Notes: generated by a model from the letters alone, not told the origin. DNA of 64,000 nucleotides from an uncultured Candidatus Saccharibacteria bacterium (GCA_964390265.1 CAYMHI010000001.1:8345-72344); one strand, 5' to 3'. Shown: positions 1 to 9,374, counted from the first letter of the stretch. Program-made: numbers and translations.

Positions 1-1
1 A

Positions 2-1054
2 AAAGCTAGCTTCGCAACCGGTAGTACACTTCAGCCTCACAGCTTCTTTTTGGTAAGTACGAATAAGCCCAGCGATTTGACGTTAATTTCTGGAATGTCT
101 CAGACTGGTGGGGTGGTAGAGATTCGTGATGATAAGAACAGTGTTATGGATAGAGTGGGTTATGGTAATGCTTCGCTTTCAAACGGTAAACCAGCGGTAG
201 CAGTCCAGTCCGGAGAAAGTATGTATCGTCAATACGATTCTCCAAATACACAAATGATAAATACTGGTGATAATTTCTCAGATTTTTATATTGCCACCGT
301 TTTAACCCCAGGAGCGGTACCGGCAGTCGAGATAGAAGATACTAGCGAGCCAATTACATACCCTCCGTTAACAATTAATGAACTTTACCCCAACCCCGCG
401 AGCGATCAATCTGAAAGTTCTGATGAATACATTGAGCTTTATAATCCCAATAACTTTGACATCGATCTAAATGGGTGGCTTATAAAAGACGCCTCTGGCA
501 ATACCTTTGTAATAAAAAACAAAACTATTGCTGCCGGTAGTCATGCTGCAATTTATAGTAGTGAAACACACCTTTCACTTAACAACACAGGTGACACCAT
601 ACGATTGTATAGTCCTAACAATCAACTAGAAGACGAAACAGTTGATTATGGCGACGCTAAAGAAGGTTTGAGCTGGGGGTTGGTAGATGGTGCATGGGCC
701 TGGAACAACTCACCCACCCCTGCTGCACCAAATTCATCTGCCTATGTGCAAGTAGTAGCTACCAAACCCGTTGCTACCAAAACTACTAAGATAGCCAATA
801 AAACTACTGCCAAAAAACTAGCCATAGCTAAAAAAGCTAGCACCAAAAAAGCTAAAGCCAGTAAGCTCAGTGCAGCAAAAAAAGCACATGCTAGCACGGC
901 CACGCCAGCAGTTACTCAACAAGAGCTACAATCTAAGTTCGCCAATTTCTGGCCATGGTTGATGATTTTACTCGGAACAGCTACCATAGGTTATGGAATA
1001 TATGAATACAAGCCAGAAATCACTAACCTTTACTACCGATTTAAAAACAAGTGA
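2..1054 (+). CDS. Lamin-tail-domain (LTD) surface protein, 5'-partial. The reading frame is open from the window edge. It has a Lys/Ala-rich tail and a C-terminal TM anchor.
   Basis: The listed ORF begins with TTG at 50, but the frame is open back to nt 2. The LTD signature is ELYPNP..EYIELYNP..DLNGW.I. The C-terminus has a KTTAKKLAIAKKASTKKAKASK repeat followed by a hydrophobic anchor. Confidence 0.6.
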   Translation, partial: KASFATGSTLQPHSFFLVSTNKPSDLTLISGMSQTGGVVEIRDDKNSVMDRVGYGNASLSNGKPAVAVQSGESMYRQYDSPNTQMINTGDNFSDFYIATVLTPGAVPAVEIEDTSEPITYPPLTINELYPNPASDQSESSDEYIELYNPNNFDIDLNGWLIKDASGNTFVIKNKTIAAGSHAAIYSSETHLSLNNTGDTIRLYSPNNQLEDETVDYGDAKEGLSWGLVDGAWAWNNSPTPAAPNSSAYVQVVATKPVATKTTKIANKTTAKKLAIAKKASTKKAKASKLSAAKKAHASTATPAVTQQELQSKFANFWPWLMILLGTATIGYGIYEYKPEITNLYYRFKNK

Positions 1055-1075
1055 GACTATAGCCGCTAAACTAGC

Positions 1076-1472
1076 TATGGCCATAAAATCACCTCAACTT
1101 ATTGAGCTGGTGGGTGATTTGGGTGGTGGTAAAACTACATTTACCAAAGCTTTAGGCAAAGCACTTGGAGTAAAAAAGACTATTACCAGCCCAACTTTTA
1201 ATATCCATAGAGGCTATGACTTTGTTGGTGGTAGGTTGGAGCACTTTGATCTCTACCGGCTAGGTGATGACGAGATAGTACTCAATGAACTTGAAGATTG
1301 CTTAAAAGACAAAGGCTCAATTGTAGTAGTAGAGTGGGCTGCTAATTTTAAAGACATTTTGGCCAAAGATAGACTGATAATAGATTTTAAATATATAAAT
1401 GAAGAAACTAGGGAATTAAAAATTTTAGCAGTAGGTAAAAAAAGTTTAATGTTGTTGGATAAATTAAAATGA
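1076..1472 (+). CDS. tsaE: tRNA threonylcarbamoyladenosine biosynthesis ATPase TsaE (YjeE)
   Basis: Walker A motif GDLGGGKTTF and the conserved TSPTF motif. Start placed at ATG 1076 because the 993 start overlaps the upstream gene. Confidence 0.8.
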
Positions 1473-1861
1473 TACTTGCTATACGAACCGATAAAGCAAC
1501 TGCTGAGCTATCAATTTATGATAGCCAAGAAAAAGAAATAGATAGAGACGTTTGGCAAGCCGACAGAAAACTTGCCGATGAACTTTTGCCTCACATTCAA
1601 AACCTGTTATATAAAAATAACTTTGATCTACCTGATTTGTCAGGAATAATAATTTTTACTGGAGACGGTTCATTCACTGGCTTACGAATTGGTACAACCG
1701 TGGCTAATACCTTGGCATATTCACTGTCTATACCAATTGTGGAGGCCCGGGGCTCTGATTGGCTCAAGGCTGGATTCAAAAATCTGCTCAACTCTAAGCC
1801 CGGCAACTATGTGGTTCCTAAATATTCCAAAAAACCTAATATTACTAAGCCAAAAACTTGA
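1469..1861 (+). CDS. tsaB: TsaB/YeaZ-like protein, short form with the N-terminal half only
   Basis: ATGA start/stop overlap with tsaE. The sequence MILAIRTDKATAELSIY...IIFTGDGSFTGLRIG is typical of the TsaB N-domain. The protein is only 130 aa. Confidence 0.6.
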   Translation: MILAIRTDKATAELSIYDSQEKEIDRDVWQADRKLADELLPHIQNLLYKNNFDLPDLSGIIIFTGDGSFTGLRIGTTVANTLAYSLSIPIVEARGSDWLKAGFKNLLNSKPGNYVVPKYSKKPNITKPKT

Positions 1862-2031
1862 TTCTATTTGGCACAAGTATAATAATAGAATAAGTCAGAA
1901 GTTCCGAAGTTTTGATTACAAAACTCAAAATAAGTTTTTTAGAAATAATATAATAAGTATATAAATACAAACATAAACAACCTCACCAAATCGGTTGTTT
2001 TTGTGTAGTAGCTATAAAAAGGAGTGGTGTT

Positions 2032-3549
2032 ATGCAGATAGGAGTGTTACTTGCTGTTATTGTTGGAGCGGGGGCTTTGGGTTACGTATCTAATGTGGTT
2101 TTGACCAAGCAAAAAAGCGCCGAGGGAAAGGCCAAGGCCGACAAAATACTAGATGATGCCAAAGTTAAAGCGAAAGAAGATTTGTTGAAGGCTAAAGAAG
2201 AGGCACTAAAGATACAAACCGAGGCCAAAGAAGAAGAGAAGCAACGTCGCAATAGACTTGATGAGCAAGATAGGCGCGTAAGTGATAGAGAAAAATTACT
2301 AGATAGTAAACTAGAAACTTTAGAACGTCGCGCCGATGCAATGAAAAATGATGAAAAAGAAATTGAAGCTATTAAACAAGAGTTGCGAGATATACGTGCA
2401 AGACAAGTTGAGAATTTAGAGAAAATCGCTAAATTAAAGAAAAAAGAGGCCACTGAAAAATTAATGGCAATGACCGAAAAAGATATTAAGGCTGACTTGG
2501 TAGAATATATTGAAAAGCTCAAACGAGACGCAACTGAGAATGCCGACGAAGACGCTAAAGAAATTATGGCCGCCGCTATGGAGCGCATGGCTAGTAGTCA
2601 GGCTACAGAGCGTACTATTACTACTGTACCTATTACTAGCGACGAGGTAAAAGGCAGAATAATTGGCAAAGAAGGCCGTAACATTCAAACTTTTGAACGC
2701 CTAACTGGGGTAGATGTACTAATTGACGAAAGCCCTGGCGTAATTGTGCTTTCTGGCTTTGATCCTGTGCGCCGGCAAGTGGCGCGCGTTGCAATGGAAC
2801 AGCTAGTAAAAGACGGTCGTATTCACCCCGGTCGCATAGAAGAGTTGGTAGGTAAAGCTCAAAAAGAAATTGACCAAGACGTAAAAAAAGCTGGTGAAGA
2901 TGCTGCAAGAGAAGCCAAAGTGGTTGGTTTGCCACCAGAGATAAACAAACTTATGGGTCAGCTAAAATTTCGTACCAGTTTTTCTCAGAATGTACTGCAT
3001 CACTCCATAGAGATGGCACACTTGGCCGCTATGATTGCCGAAGAGATTGGAGCAGATGTTAAAATCAGCCGTACCGCCGCCTACCTGCACGATCTCGGCA
3101 AAGCCGTCAGCCACGAGATAGAAGGCAAGCATCACCACATTACCGGCGACATTATGCGCAAGGCTGGTTTTGATGAGGCTACTGTGCATGCGGCCGAGGC
3201 TCATCACGATGATATTGAAGCCACTACTCCAGAGGCTCTAATTGTGCGAGCTGTAGATGCACTAAGCGCTGGTCGGCCAGGTGCACGTGGTGATACTGCC
3301 GAGAATTTTGGCAAACGTATGACCGACTTAGAAAACGTTACCAAGGCTTTTCCTGGTGTAGAAAAAGTCTATGCTATGAGTGCCGGGCGTGAGATACGAG
3401 TATTTGTAAGTCCCGAAAACGTTGATGATCTTAGTGCTATTAAGTTGGCTCGTGATGTTGCCACCAAGATAGAGGCTACGCTAAAATATCCAGGTACCAT
3501 TAAGGTAAATGTAATTCGCGAAACCCGCGCTGTGGAGTTTGCTAAATAG
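2032..3549 (+). CDS. rny: Ribonuclease Y
   Basis: N-terminal TM helix, a long coiled coil, a KH domain (GKEGRNIQ) and an HD domain (HSIEMAHLAAMIAEE...LHDLGK). AGGAG RBS upstream. Confidence 0.9.
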   Translation: MQIGVLLAVIVGAGALGYVSNVVLTKQKSAEGKAKADKILDDAKVKAKEDLLKAKEEALKIQTEAKEEEKQRRNRLDEQDRRVSDREKLLDSKLETLERRADAMKNDEKEIEAIKQELRDIRARQVENLEKIAKLKKKEATEKLMAMTEKDIKADLVEYIEKLKRDATENADEDAKEIMAAAMERMASSQATERTITTVPITSDEVKGRIIGKEGRNIQTFERLTGVDVLIDESPGVIVLSGFDPVRRQVARVAMEQLVKDGRIHPGRIEELVGKAQKEIDQDVKKAGEDAAREAKVVGLPPEINKLMGQLKFRTSFSQNVLHHSIEMAHLAAMIAEEIGADVKISRTAAYLHDLGKAVSHEIEGKHHHITGDIMRKAGFDEATVHAAEAHHDDIEATTPEALIVRAVDALSAGRPGARGDTAENFGKRMTDLENVTKAFPGVEKVYAMSAGREIRVFVSPENVDDLSAIKLARDVATKIEATLKYPGTIKVNVIRETRAVEFAK

Positions 3550-3564
3550 TATGAAGGAACAAAA

Positions 3565-3837
3565 ATGACACATAGAGAATTAATTGAAGAACTAGCCGAT
3601 AGCGCCAATATTACTAAGCGTCAAGCCGAACGTACGCTTAATAAAATGAGTATGATAATTATGAGCGAAGTGAAGCACGGCCAAAAGGTTAATATTAATG
3701 GCTTTGGTACGTTTTACCTCGGCAAGCGAGCTGCTCGAGCCGGCATCAACCCTATGACAGGTGATAAAATTGATATTCCCAAAGTAATGATACCCAAGTT
3801 TAGATCTGGTAGTAGATTTAAAAAGATGGTTCGTTAA
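3565..3837 (+). CDS. hup: HU/IHF-family DNA-binding protein
   Basis: 90-aa protein with FGTF...RAARAGINPMTGDKIDIP, the HU arm motif. Confidence 0.85.
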   Translation: MTHRELIEELADSANITKRQAERTLNKMSMIIMSEVKHGQKVNINGFGTFYLGKRAARAGINPMTGDKIDIPKVMIPKFRSGSRFKKMVR

Positions 3838-3870
3838 ATATAGCAGCAAACTGGTTGTGGTGCGTCAAAA

Positions 3871-5145
3871 TTGAGTATAATAGCAAACATGAATACCTAC
3901 GTAGCCGATGAAAAAATAATTGATCAACTTACCAAGTTGCCCAAAGTAAGACTTACAATATTTCGTGATATTGAGATAAGCCAACAAGGGTTTGTACTAT
4001 TAAAGCTTTCCAAAAGAATACGCTCAAGCATCGTAGAAGATCTTGATAACGACGAGCTTATTGCGCTGCTAAACTATCTAGACCCCGACAAAGCTACCGA
4101 TATTATTCAAGAGCTCAAGCCCCATAGAGCCAAGAAAATCACCTCAGAGCTATCTGATACTGTTCGTGATAAGGTAGAGACTTTGCTGAGTTTTAACCCT
4201 CGTACTGCTGCCGGCCTAATGAATCTTGACTACGTAGAGATTGCGCCAAATATGCATTTTGAAGATGTATCGGCCAATATTATTGAGCACGAAAAACGAA
4301 CCGGCAAGTTCCCTTCAATACTAGTGGTAGACAACGGTAAATTGTTGGGTGAACTACCCGGGCACGAGCTGGCTTTGCATAGCGGCAAAGAAAAGGTAGA
4401 GAACTATATCAAAAGAGTACCGTCGGTGCACTTTGATAATGATGAACACAAGGTTGTGAACTCGTTTATAAAACACCCACACAATAAGGTGGTTGTACTT
4501 GCCGAAGACGAAAGTATTTTGGGCGTAATTCATTCTGACGACTTGCTAAATTTAATAGATAAACGAACAGCCAACGATCTATATGGTTTTGCTGGGGTAA
4601 ATAAAGAAGAGGATGCATTAGATGGGGTTGGTACCAAGGTGCGCAATAGATATCTTTGGCTAATGATAAACCTTGGTACGGCATTTTTAGCCGCCTCGGT
4701 TGTGGGTATGTATGAAGGTACTATCGCCAAGCTTACCTTGCTAGCTGTATATATGCCCATTGTAGCCGGTATGGGTGGTAATGCTGCTACTCAAACCTTG
4801 GCGGTTGCCGTACGTGGGTTGGTACTCAAAGAAATAGACTTGCGTCACGGTCTTAATTTTGCTGCTCGCGAGTTGGGCGCTGGTATTATAAACGGTATTA
4901 TCAACGGCGCCATCGTGGCACTGGTGGCAATAGTTATAAATAAAAACCCCATGCTAGGGTTGGTCTTAGCACTAGCTATGATTGGCAATCTAGTAATAGC
5001 CTCGGTATCTGGCGCAATTGTTCCGCTAATTATGAAAGCATTTGGCAAAGACCCAGCTACATCGGCAACAGTATTTATTACCACCTGCACCGATGTGGGC
5101 GGATTTTTTATATTCTTGAGTCTAGCGCAACTAATGCTAGTCTAG
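3871..5145 (+). CDS. mgtE: Magnesium transporter MgtE
   Basis: MgtE N-domain, a CBS pair and a C-terminal five-TM domain with the PIVAGMGGNAATQTLAV motif. The true start may be ATG at 3889. Confidence 0.85.
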   Translation: MSIIANMNTYVADEKIIDQLTKLPKVRLTIFRDIEISQQGFVLLKLSKRIRSSIVEDLDNDELIALLNYLDPDKATDIIQELKPHRAKKITSELSDTVRDKVETLLSFNPRTAAGLMNLDYVEIAPNMHFEDVSANIIEHEKRTGKFPSILVVDNGKLLGELPGHELALHSGKEKVENYIKRVPSVHFDNDEHKVVNSFIKHPHNKVVVLAEDESILGVIHSDDLLNLIDKRTANDLYGFAGVNKEEDALDGVGTKVRNRYLWLMINLGTAFLAASVVGMYEGTIAKLTLLAVYMPIVAGMGGNAATQTLAVAVRGLVLKEIDLRHGLNFAARELGAGIINGIINGAIVALVAIVINKNPMLGLVLALAMIGNLVIASVSGAIVPLIMKAFGKDPATSATVFITTCTDVGGFFIFLSLAQLMLV

Positions 5146-5251
5146 TTGGTTTGGTAGGTTGCTAGTAAAAATAATGATAGACAACAGTTAAATGCGCTTA
5201 TGATATAATCATTAGCATATATAACAACTACTAATAGGTACCAAAATAATT

Positions 5252-6574
5252 ATGAACGAAACAAGTGAAGAAAAAGTAGAAAAAGTAGCAGCAACCCCAG
5301 AGCTGAACGCTGCCGAAAAAGAAGTTGTAAAGTTTCTAGATGCCAGAATAGACGCAGAGCCAGAGAAAATGCGCAAATTAATGACCGAGAATTTTCAGGC
5401 TAACTATGATTTTTCAGTTTTAGACCCTCAAAAGCCTCAAAAAACTCAGCCGGTTTCATTTAGAATTATTAGAACTAGTAAAGAGGCCGGTAGTTTTTCG
5501 GTCACTGCTGAGATATTAAATGAAAATCAAAAGAGTCATAAACAAAAAACCATTAGCAAGATATATGATCTTACGAAAGACGCGGACTCCAAACAGCTCT
5601 TAATTAACTCCGAGAAAAACCTCAAATCAGATGTACCGTTTTATAAAAAACCTGTTTTCTGGATAGCCACAGTTATGGGATTGGCTGCTATTGCCGGGCT
5701 AGTATTTTGGGCTATAACCAGTCAAAAAACTACTCAAAATCAACAGTCTATTAAGGCCAACTGGCACCAAGTAGTAGATGGTGCAAAAGGGGTTGATGAT
5801 GCCGCGGCCAACGCTACTAAAGACCAGGCTGGTTATGACAATTACACCAAAAAGCTTAGCGACTACAAAAGCCTGGTTGGCGATGTTAAGTTTAGGGCCG
5901 ATCAACTCAAGCCTACTAGCGCCGACAAAGAAGACATTGCCAATTACAAAAATGCGCTTGTTAACTTAAATGATTATATATCGGAGGCGTCTAATCAAAG
6001 TAAGAATGTTGCTAGCCTTACTACTGCCGATTCATCTAAGCTAGATGATCTAGCTAATACGGCTGAGGCCGCTACCAATAAATTTCAAGATGGCGCTAAA
6101 TATCTAAGCGACAAAATGCCCACAGATATTTTTAACATTGGTGATGTACTGGCAAAGCAAAAAGATAAGCTCGATCAAGATAAACAGAAGGTGCAAGAAG
6201 CCCAAAACGCCGCCGCCGATGTGGTCGCCAAAGATGCTGCCAACAAAACCACAGTTACGAACAATATAACAACTTTTGAGCAAGGCTACATAGCCGGCAA
6301 TGAATCTGTAATGCGCCCAGTTATGACAGCTGGATTCCAAGGAGAATATAACTTCAACCAATTAACTCCCGAGCAACGTCAATATCAATACCCTAGCAGC
6401 TTTAGAATAATTAATGTTACTAAACAAGCCGATGGAACATACAAAGCTCAAGTAAATGTATTGTATAAATACACTGACAACCCCAACCAATATACCCAGG
6501 GTTATGAATACAGCGTAATTGGTCAAAATAATAAGTGGCTAATTAATAACGAAAAAACTGTTAGCGAATTTTAA
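5252..6574 (+). CDS. Hypothetical membrane-anchored protein
   Basis: Long ORF with one central TM helix and coiled-coil and low-complexity regions. No recognisable motif. Confidence 0.5.
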   Translation: MNETSEEKVEKVAATPELNAAEKEVVKFLDARIDAEPEKMRKLMTENFQANYDFSVLDPQKPQKTQPVSFRIIRTSKEAGSFSVTAEILNENQKSHKQKTISKIYDLTKDADSKQLLINSEKNLKSDVPFYKKPVFWIATVMGLAAIAGLVFWAITSQKTTQNQQSIKANWHQVVDGAKGVDDAAANATKDQAGYDNYTKKLSDYKSLVGDVKFRADQLKPTSADKEDIANYKNALVNLNDYISEASNQSKNVASLTTADSSKLDDLANTAEAATNKFQDGAKYLSDKMPTDIFNIGDVLAKQKDKLDQDKQKVQEAQNAAADVVAKDAANKTTVTNNITTFEQGYIAGNESVMRPVMTAGFQGEYNFNQLTPEQRQYQYPSSFRIINVTKQADGTYKAQVNVLYKYTDNPNQYTQGYEYSVIGQNNKWLINNEKTVSEF

Positions 6575-6593
6575 TATAAACAAGGAGATAATA

Positions 6594-6851
6594 ATGAGAC
6601 CACAGAATGAGCTCGTACCTGAAGACACTAGCGATGAAAAGTCGGTAGCCTACAGTAGGCTAGAAGAGGCCCTTGGCACTAGCTTGAAAGCATTTCAAAA
6701 AGTACGCGATGAAGTTATTGCATCGGGAGCCATGACTTCTGAGGAGGTAGATGATGCAAGGGCAAGTATAGTTGGCCATACTAAAGAAGAACGCCAAGCA
6801 GAGATTAGGGAGTGGATGAAAGCTGATTACGACGAGCAAATAGATCAATAG
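6594..6851 (+). CDS. Small acidic hypothetical protein
   Basis: ORF with AGGAG RBS (caaggagataataATG). Confidence 0.45.
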   Translation: MRPQNELVPEDTSDEKSVAYSRLEEALGTSLKAFQKVRDEVIASGAMTSEEVDDARASIVGHTKEERQAEIREWMKADYDEQIDQ

Positions 6852-6911
6852 AATAGTATAAAAAACTGTTAGCGAGTTTTCAACAAAACCTTAGCCGAAT
6901 TAGTAACTATA

Positions 6912-7151
6912 TTAAACCCCAGTAAAGTAGCTAGCTGGACTAAAAGCTATAAATGAAAGTAAATATAGTACTAAAAATAAAGAAATAACCATCGCAACCA
7001 CAGTGATAGTTATAGCCCTAGTTGAACTTTGTCTATCTTTAAGTAGCAACTTACTACAAATCAAAAATACTATTATAGGCACAAAAATTATCAAAACAGA
7101 TGTGACTATTAAATTGGAGATAATGGCATTATGCCAGCCTACATTATCCAT
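6912..7151 (-). CDS. Possible small two-TM membrane protein
   Basis: ORF with two hydrophobic helices. No clear RBS. Confidence 0.25.
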   Translation of the reverse strand: MDNVGWHNAIISNLIVTSVLIIFVPIIVFLICSKLLLKDRQSSTRAITITVVAMVISLFLVLYLLSFIAFSPASYFTGV

Positions 7152-7255
7152 TTATTAATAATATAACGGCTTAATACATTTTGCTACAGGTGAATAATTG
7201 AGACTAATTGCGTTAGTACTTAAACAAAAAGCCCACGCATGGGCTACTTGTTTTA

Positions 7256-7333
7256 TGGGGTGAGTGATGGGACTTGAACCCACGGCCTTCTGGACCACAA
7301 CCAGACGCTCTAACCAACTGAGCTACACCCACC
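7256..7333 (-). tRNA. tRNA-His (GTG), with encoded G-1 and CCA
   Basis: Cloverleaf read on the minus strand. Anticodon loop TTGTGGT. An extra 5' G is typical of tRNA-His. Confidence 0.85.
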
Positions 7334-7503
7334 TCGTCGAAAGTGTGCTAACACTATCGACAATAGAATATCTATTCGCCTACAGTTAACACACAACTTT
7401 CTCCTCTCGAATCACGAAACAACCAAGTGTTTATTTCATGATTCGGTTTAGAAAAAGATCAGATCTATACTTTTAGTTGGCGTTGCTATGCCTCAGCGTT
7501 ATA

Positions 7504-7580
7504 TGGTGCCCCCGGCAGGATTCGAACCTACGACCCTCGGTTTAGAAAACCGATGCTCTATCCAGCTGAGCTACGGGGGC
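7504..7580 (-). tRNA. tRNA-Arg (TCT)
   Basis: Minus strand sequence GCCCCCGTAGCTCAGCTGGATAGAGCATCGGTTTTCTAAACCGA...CGGGGGCACCA. Anticodon UCU. Confidence 0.85.
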
Positions 7581-7780
7581 GCGTCTTCGTCGGACAACCG
7601 TAGTGACTTACATACCTATTTTCGAAGATACAATTTTACTTATTCATGATTGTAAAATAACTGTCCTGAACTTATTGTAACAATAAAGTAGTGTGCAGGG
7701 TATAAATTTAACAATTGTGAATGGGCTGTCTTAACCGAATAAAATGTGCACATTTTATTCGAGGAGGAAAAGTATTGTAG

Positions 7781-7836
7781 TTAACAAACAAATAAGCAGA
7801 ACCCCAAAGTTGAAACTCTGCTTATTTGTTTGTATT
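7781..7836. repeat. Perfect hairpin with a 16-bp stem
   Basis: aacaaacaaataagcag / ctgcttatttgtttgt with an 18-nt loop, followed by a T-rich tract on the plus strand. Confidence 0.5.
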
Positions 7837-7890
7837 TATACAATACTTTGACGATGGGGCGGTGTTCTACGCTAAAGCTACGATACAACT

Positions 7891-7950
7891 TCCAGATTAA
7901 ACTTCACTCATGCATTCTTAATTTGAATAATTAAGCGTAGCGTGAGTGAA
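7891..7950. terminator. Strong hairpin with a stem of about 16 bp, immediately 3' of tRNA-Gly on the minus strand
   Basis: ttaaacttcactcatgc ... gcgtgagtgaagtttaa inverted repeat. Confidence 0.5.
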
Positions 7951-7956
7951 GTTTAA

Positions 7957-8031
7957 TGGAGCGGGTAGCGGGAATCAAACCCGCATCACCTGCTTGGAAG
8001 GCAGGAGTAATAATCATTATACGATACCCGC
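7957..8031 (-). tRNA. tRNA-Gly (TCC)
   Basis: Minus strand sequence GCGGGTATCG...CCTGCCTTCCAAGCAGG...CCCGCTCCA. Anticodon UCC. Confidence 0.85.
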
Positions 8032-8278
8032 ATATCTATAAAGTGCAATCGATTTGAAAGAACATAGCTTATTATACAAGATTTGTATATGCAGCGCTAT
8101 CTTGCAGACAATGTATATTACTCCAAATGTTAATATATTACAAGACAATAAAGTAACTAGCGCAACTCTAAATTAGAATAAAAGTAAATATTATATTCAA
8201 AACCGTTTATACTTGCTTTGGTAGTTGTTTGGGTGTTTAATAGTAGTTAAGAAATATATTTTAAAAAGGAGAATTAAA

Positions 8279-8674
8279 ATGATAAACGGAAAATTAAAAA
8301 AGCTAGCCGTAGTAGGTGGAGCAGCAGTATCAGCCTTGGTACCTACTCTTGCTCGTGCAGCTGACTACAGCTCAGACTACACCACTACAACAACCACTAC
8401 AGATGGCGCTGCCGCTGCAGGTATCGTAGGTGTGTCGCTACTATTTATGTTCTTGTGGTTTGCATTTGCAATATTTGCACTTGTGTACTGGATACTAATG
8501 CTAATTGACGTAATTAAACGTACCAATTGGGAAAACGAAAGCGACAAAACTCTATGGTTGCTAGTTGTAATATTGCTAGGCATACTAGGTGCATTGGTTT
8601 ACCGATTTGTAGTTGTTTCAAAACTAGGCAAAGCTAGCGCACAAAAAACTTCTACTCCAGCTGCTAAAAAATAA
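8279..8674 (+). CDS. Small secreted/membrane protein with a PLD-nuclease N-terminal-like (PLDc_N) membrane domain
   Basis: AAAGGAGA RBS. Signal peptide, a Thr run, then the WILMLIDVIKRTNWE..DKTLWLLVVILLGILGALVY motif. Confidence 0.55.
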   Translation: MINGKLKKLAVVGGAAVSALVPTLARAADYSSDYTTTTTTTDGAAAAGIVGVSLLFMFLWFAFAIFALVYWILMLIDVIKRTNWENESDKTLWLLVVILLGILGALVYRFVVVSKLGKASAQKTSTPAAKK

Positions 8675-8705
8675 ATAAATAAGTAAGTAAGTAAGTAACT
8701 TGTTT

Positions 8706-8740
8706 AAGAAGAGCCCTACACACTAAGGGCTCTTTTTTTA
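8706..8740 (+). terminator. Rho-independent terminator
   Basis: gagccctacacactaagggctc followed by a T8 run. Confidence 0.8.
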
Positions 8741-8787
8741 TAGCTATAATTATGCTAGTATAAACAGGTTAAATTTAGTAAAATAAT

Positions 8788-8864
8788 GCGCCCTTAGCTC
8801 AGCTGGATAGAGCGTCTGGCTTCGGACCAGAAGGCCGGGGGTTCGAATCCCTCAGGGCGCACCA
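8788..8864 (+). tRNA. tRNA-Arg (TCG)
   Basis: GCGCCCTTAGCTCAGCTGGATAGAGCGTCTGGCTTCGGACCAGA...GGGCGCACCA. Anticodon UCG. Confidence 0.85.
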
Positions 8865-8917
8865 TATAATTGAGTCTTGGCTAAAAGCCAATGACACAAT
8901 TATAAAGTATGATTTGA

Positions 8918-8998
8918 TGAGAGACCCAGGGTTCGGTGCAGTAAAGCGCGCAGTGTCAAAACAAATTAATTTGGTTTTGACCAAGCACTTTACCTTAA
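8918..8998 (+). ncRNA. Conserved element of about 80 nt, copy A. Candidate structured RNA or miniature inserted element.
   Basis: It is paralogous to 10735-10815. It shares the gatga.aga...ggttcggtg...gcgcag...CAAAAC-hairpin-GTTTTG...agcac pattern. Confidence 0.35.
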
Positions 8999-9012
8999 GA
9001 GGCGTAGCCGCT

Positions 9013-9030
9013 ATCCCTCAGGGCGCACCA
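9013..9030 (+). repeat. 18-nt direct repeat of the tRNA-Arg(TCG) 3' end (atccctcagggcgcacca). It looks like an att-like target duplication.
   Basis: Exact copy of positions 8847-8864, located 148 bp downstream. Confidence 0.7.
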
Positions 9031-9212
9031 CGTTATATTATGTTAGACGATATATTCTAGATGTTAGAATAAAATTAAAACTAAATTAATTAATCTTCTA
9101 GCAAATTGAATAAGCTTGCTTGTTCAATTGAAGAGGAGAATGACTTGCGAACGGTGAAAGTAATTATTTACAATAATTTCTGCAACAATCAGTAATCGTT
9201 CGACGACGACGA

Positions 9213-9288
9213 GGGTCTGTAGCTCAATTGGCAGAGCAGTTGCCTCTTAAGCAATTGGTTGTGGGTTCGAGTCCCACCGGACCCACCA
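9213..9288 (+). tRNA. tRNA-Lys (CTT)
   Basis: GGGTCTGTAGCTCAATTGGCAGAGCAGTTGCCTCTTAAGCAAT...GGACCCACCA. Anticodon CUU. Confidence 0.8.
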
Positions 9289-9374
9289 AGAAAGTATCTC
9301 AGCGAATGCTGGGATTTTTTCTTGGTAAAACATTAATTTAAAAAAAGCCTACCAAATAGGTAGGCAGAGATGAA

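Noticed and set aside
8675-8700. (AATA)n(TAAG)4 simple repeat
   Set aside because: It lies in the 3' UTR just before a strong terminator. A phase-variation role is unlikely.
8918-8940. UGAUGA motif that suggests a hammerhead ribozyme
   Set aside because: No stem II hairpin followed by GAAA and stem III could be drawn in either copy.
8799-8984. 61-aa minus-strand ORF
   Set aside because: It is antisense to tRNA-Arg(TCG) and to the conserved element, so it is an artifact.
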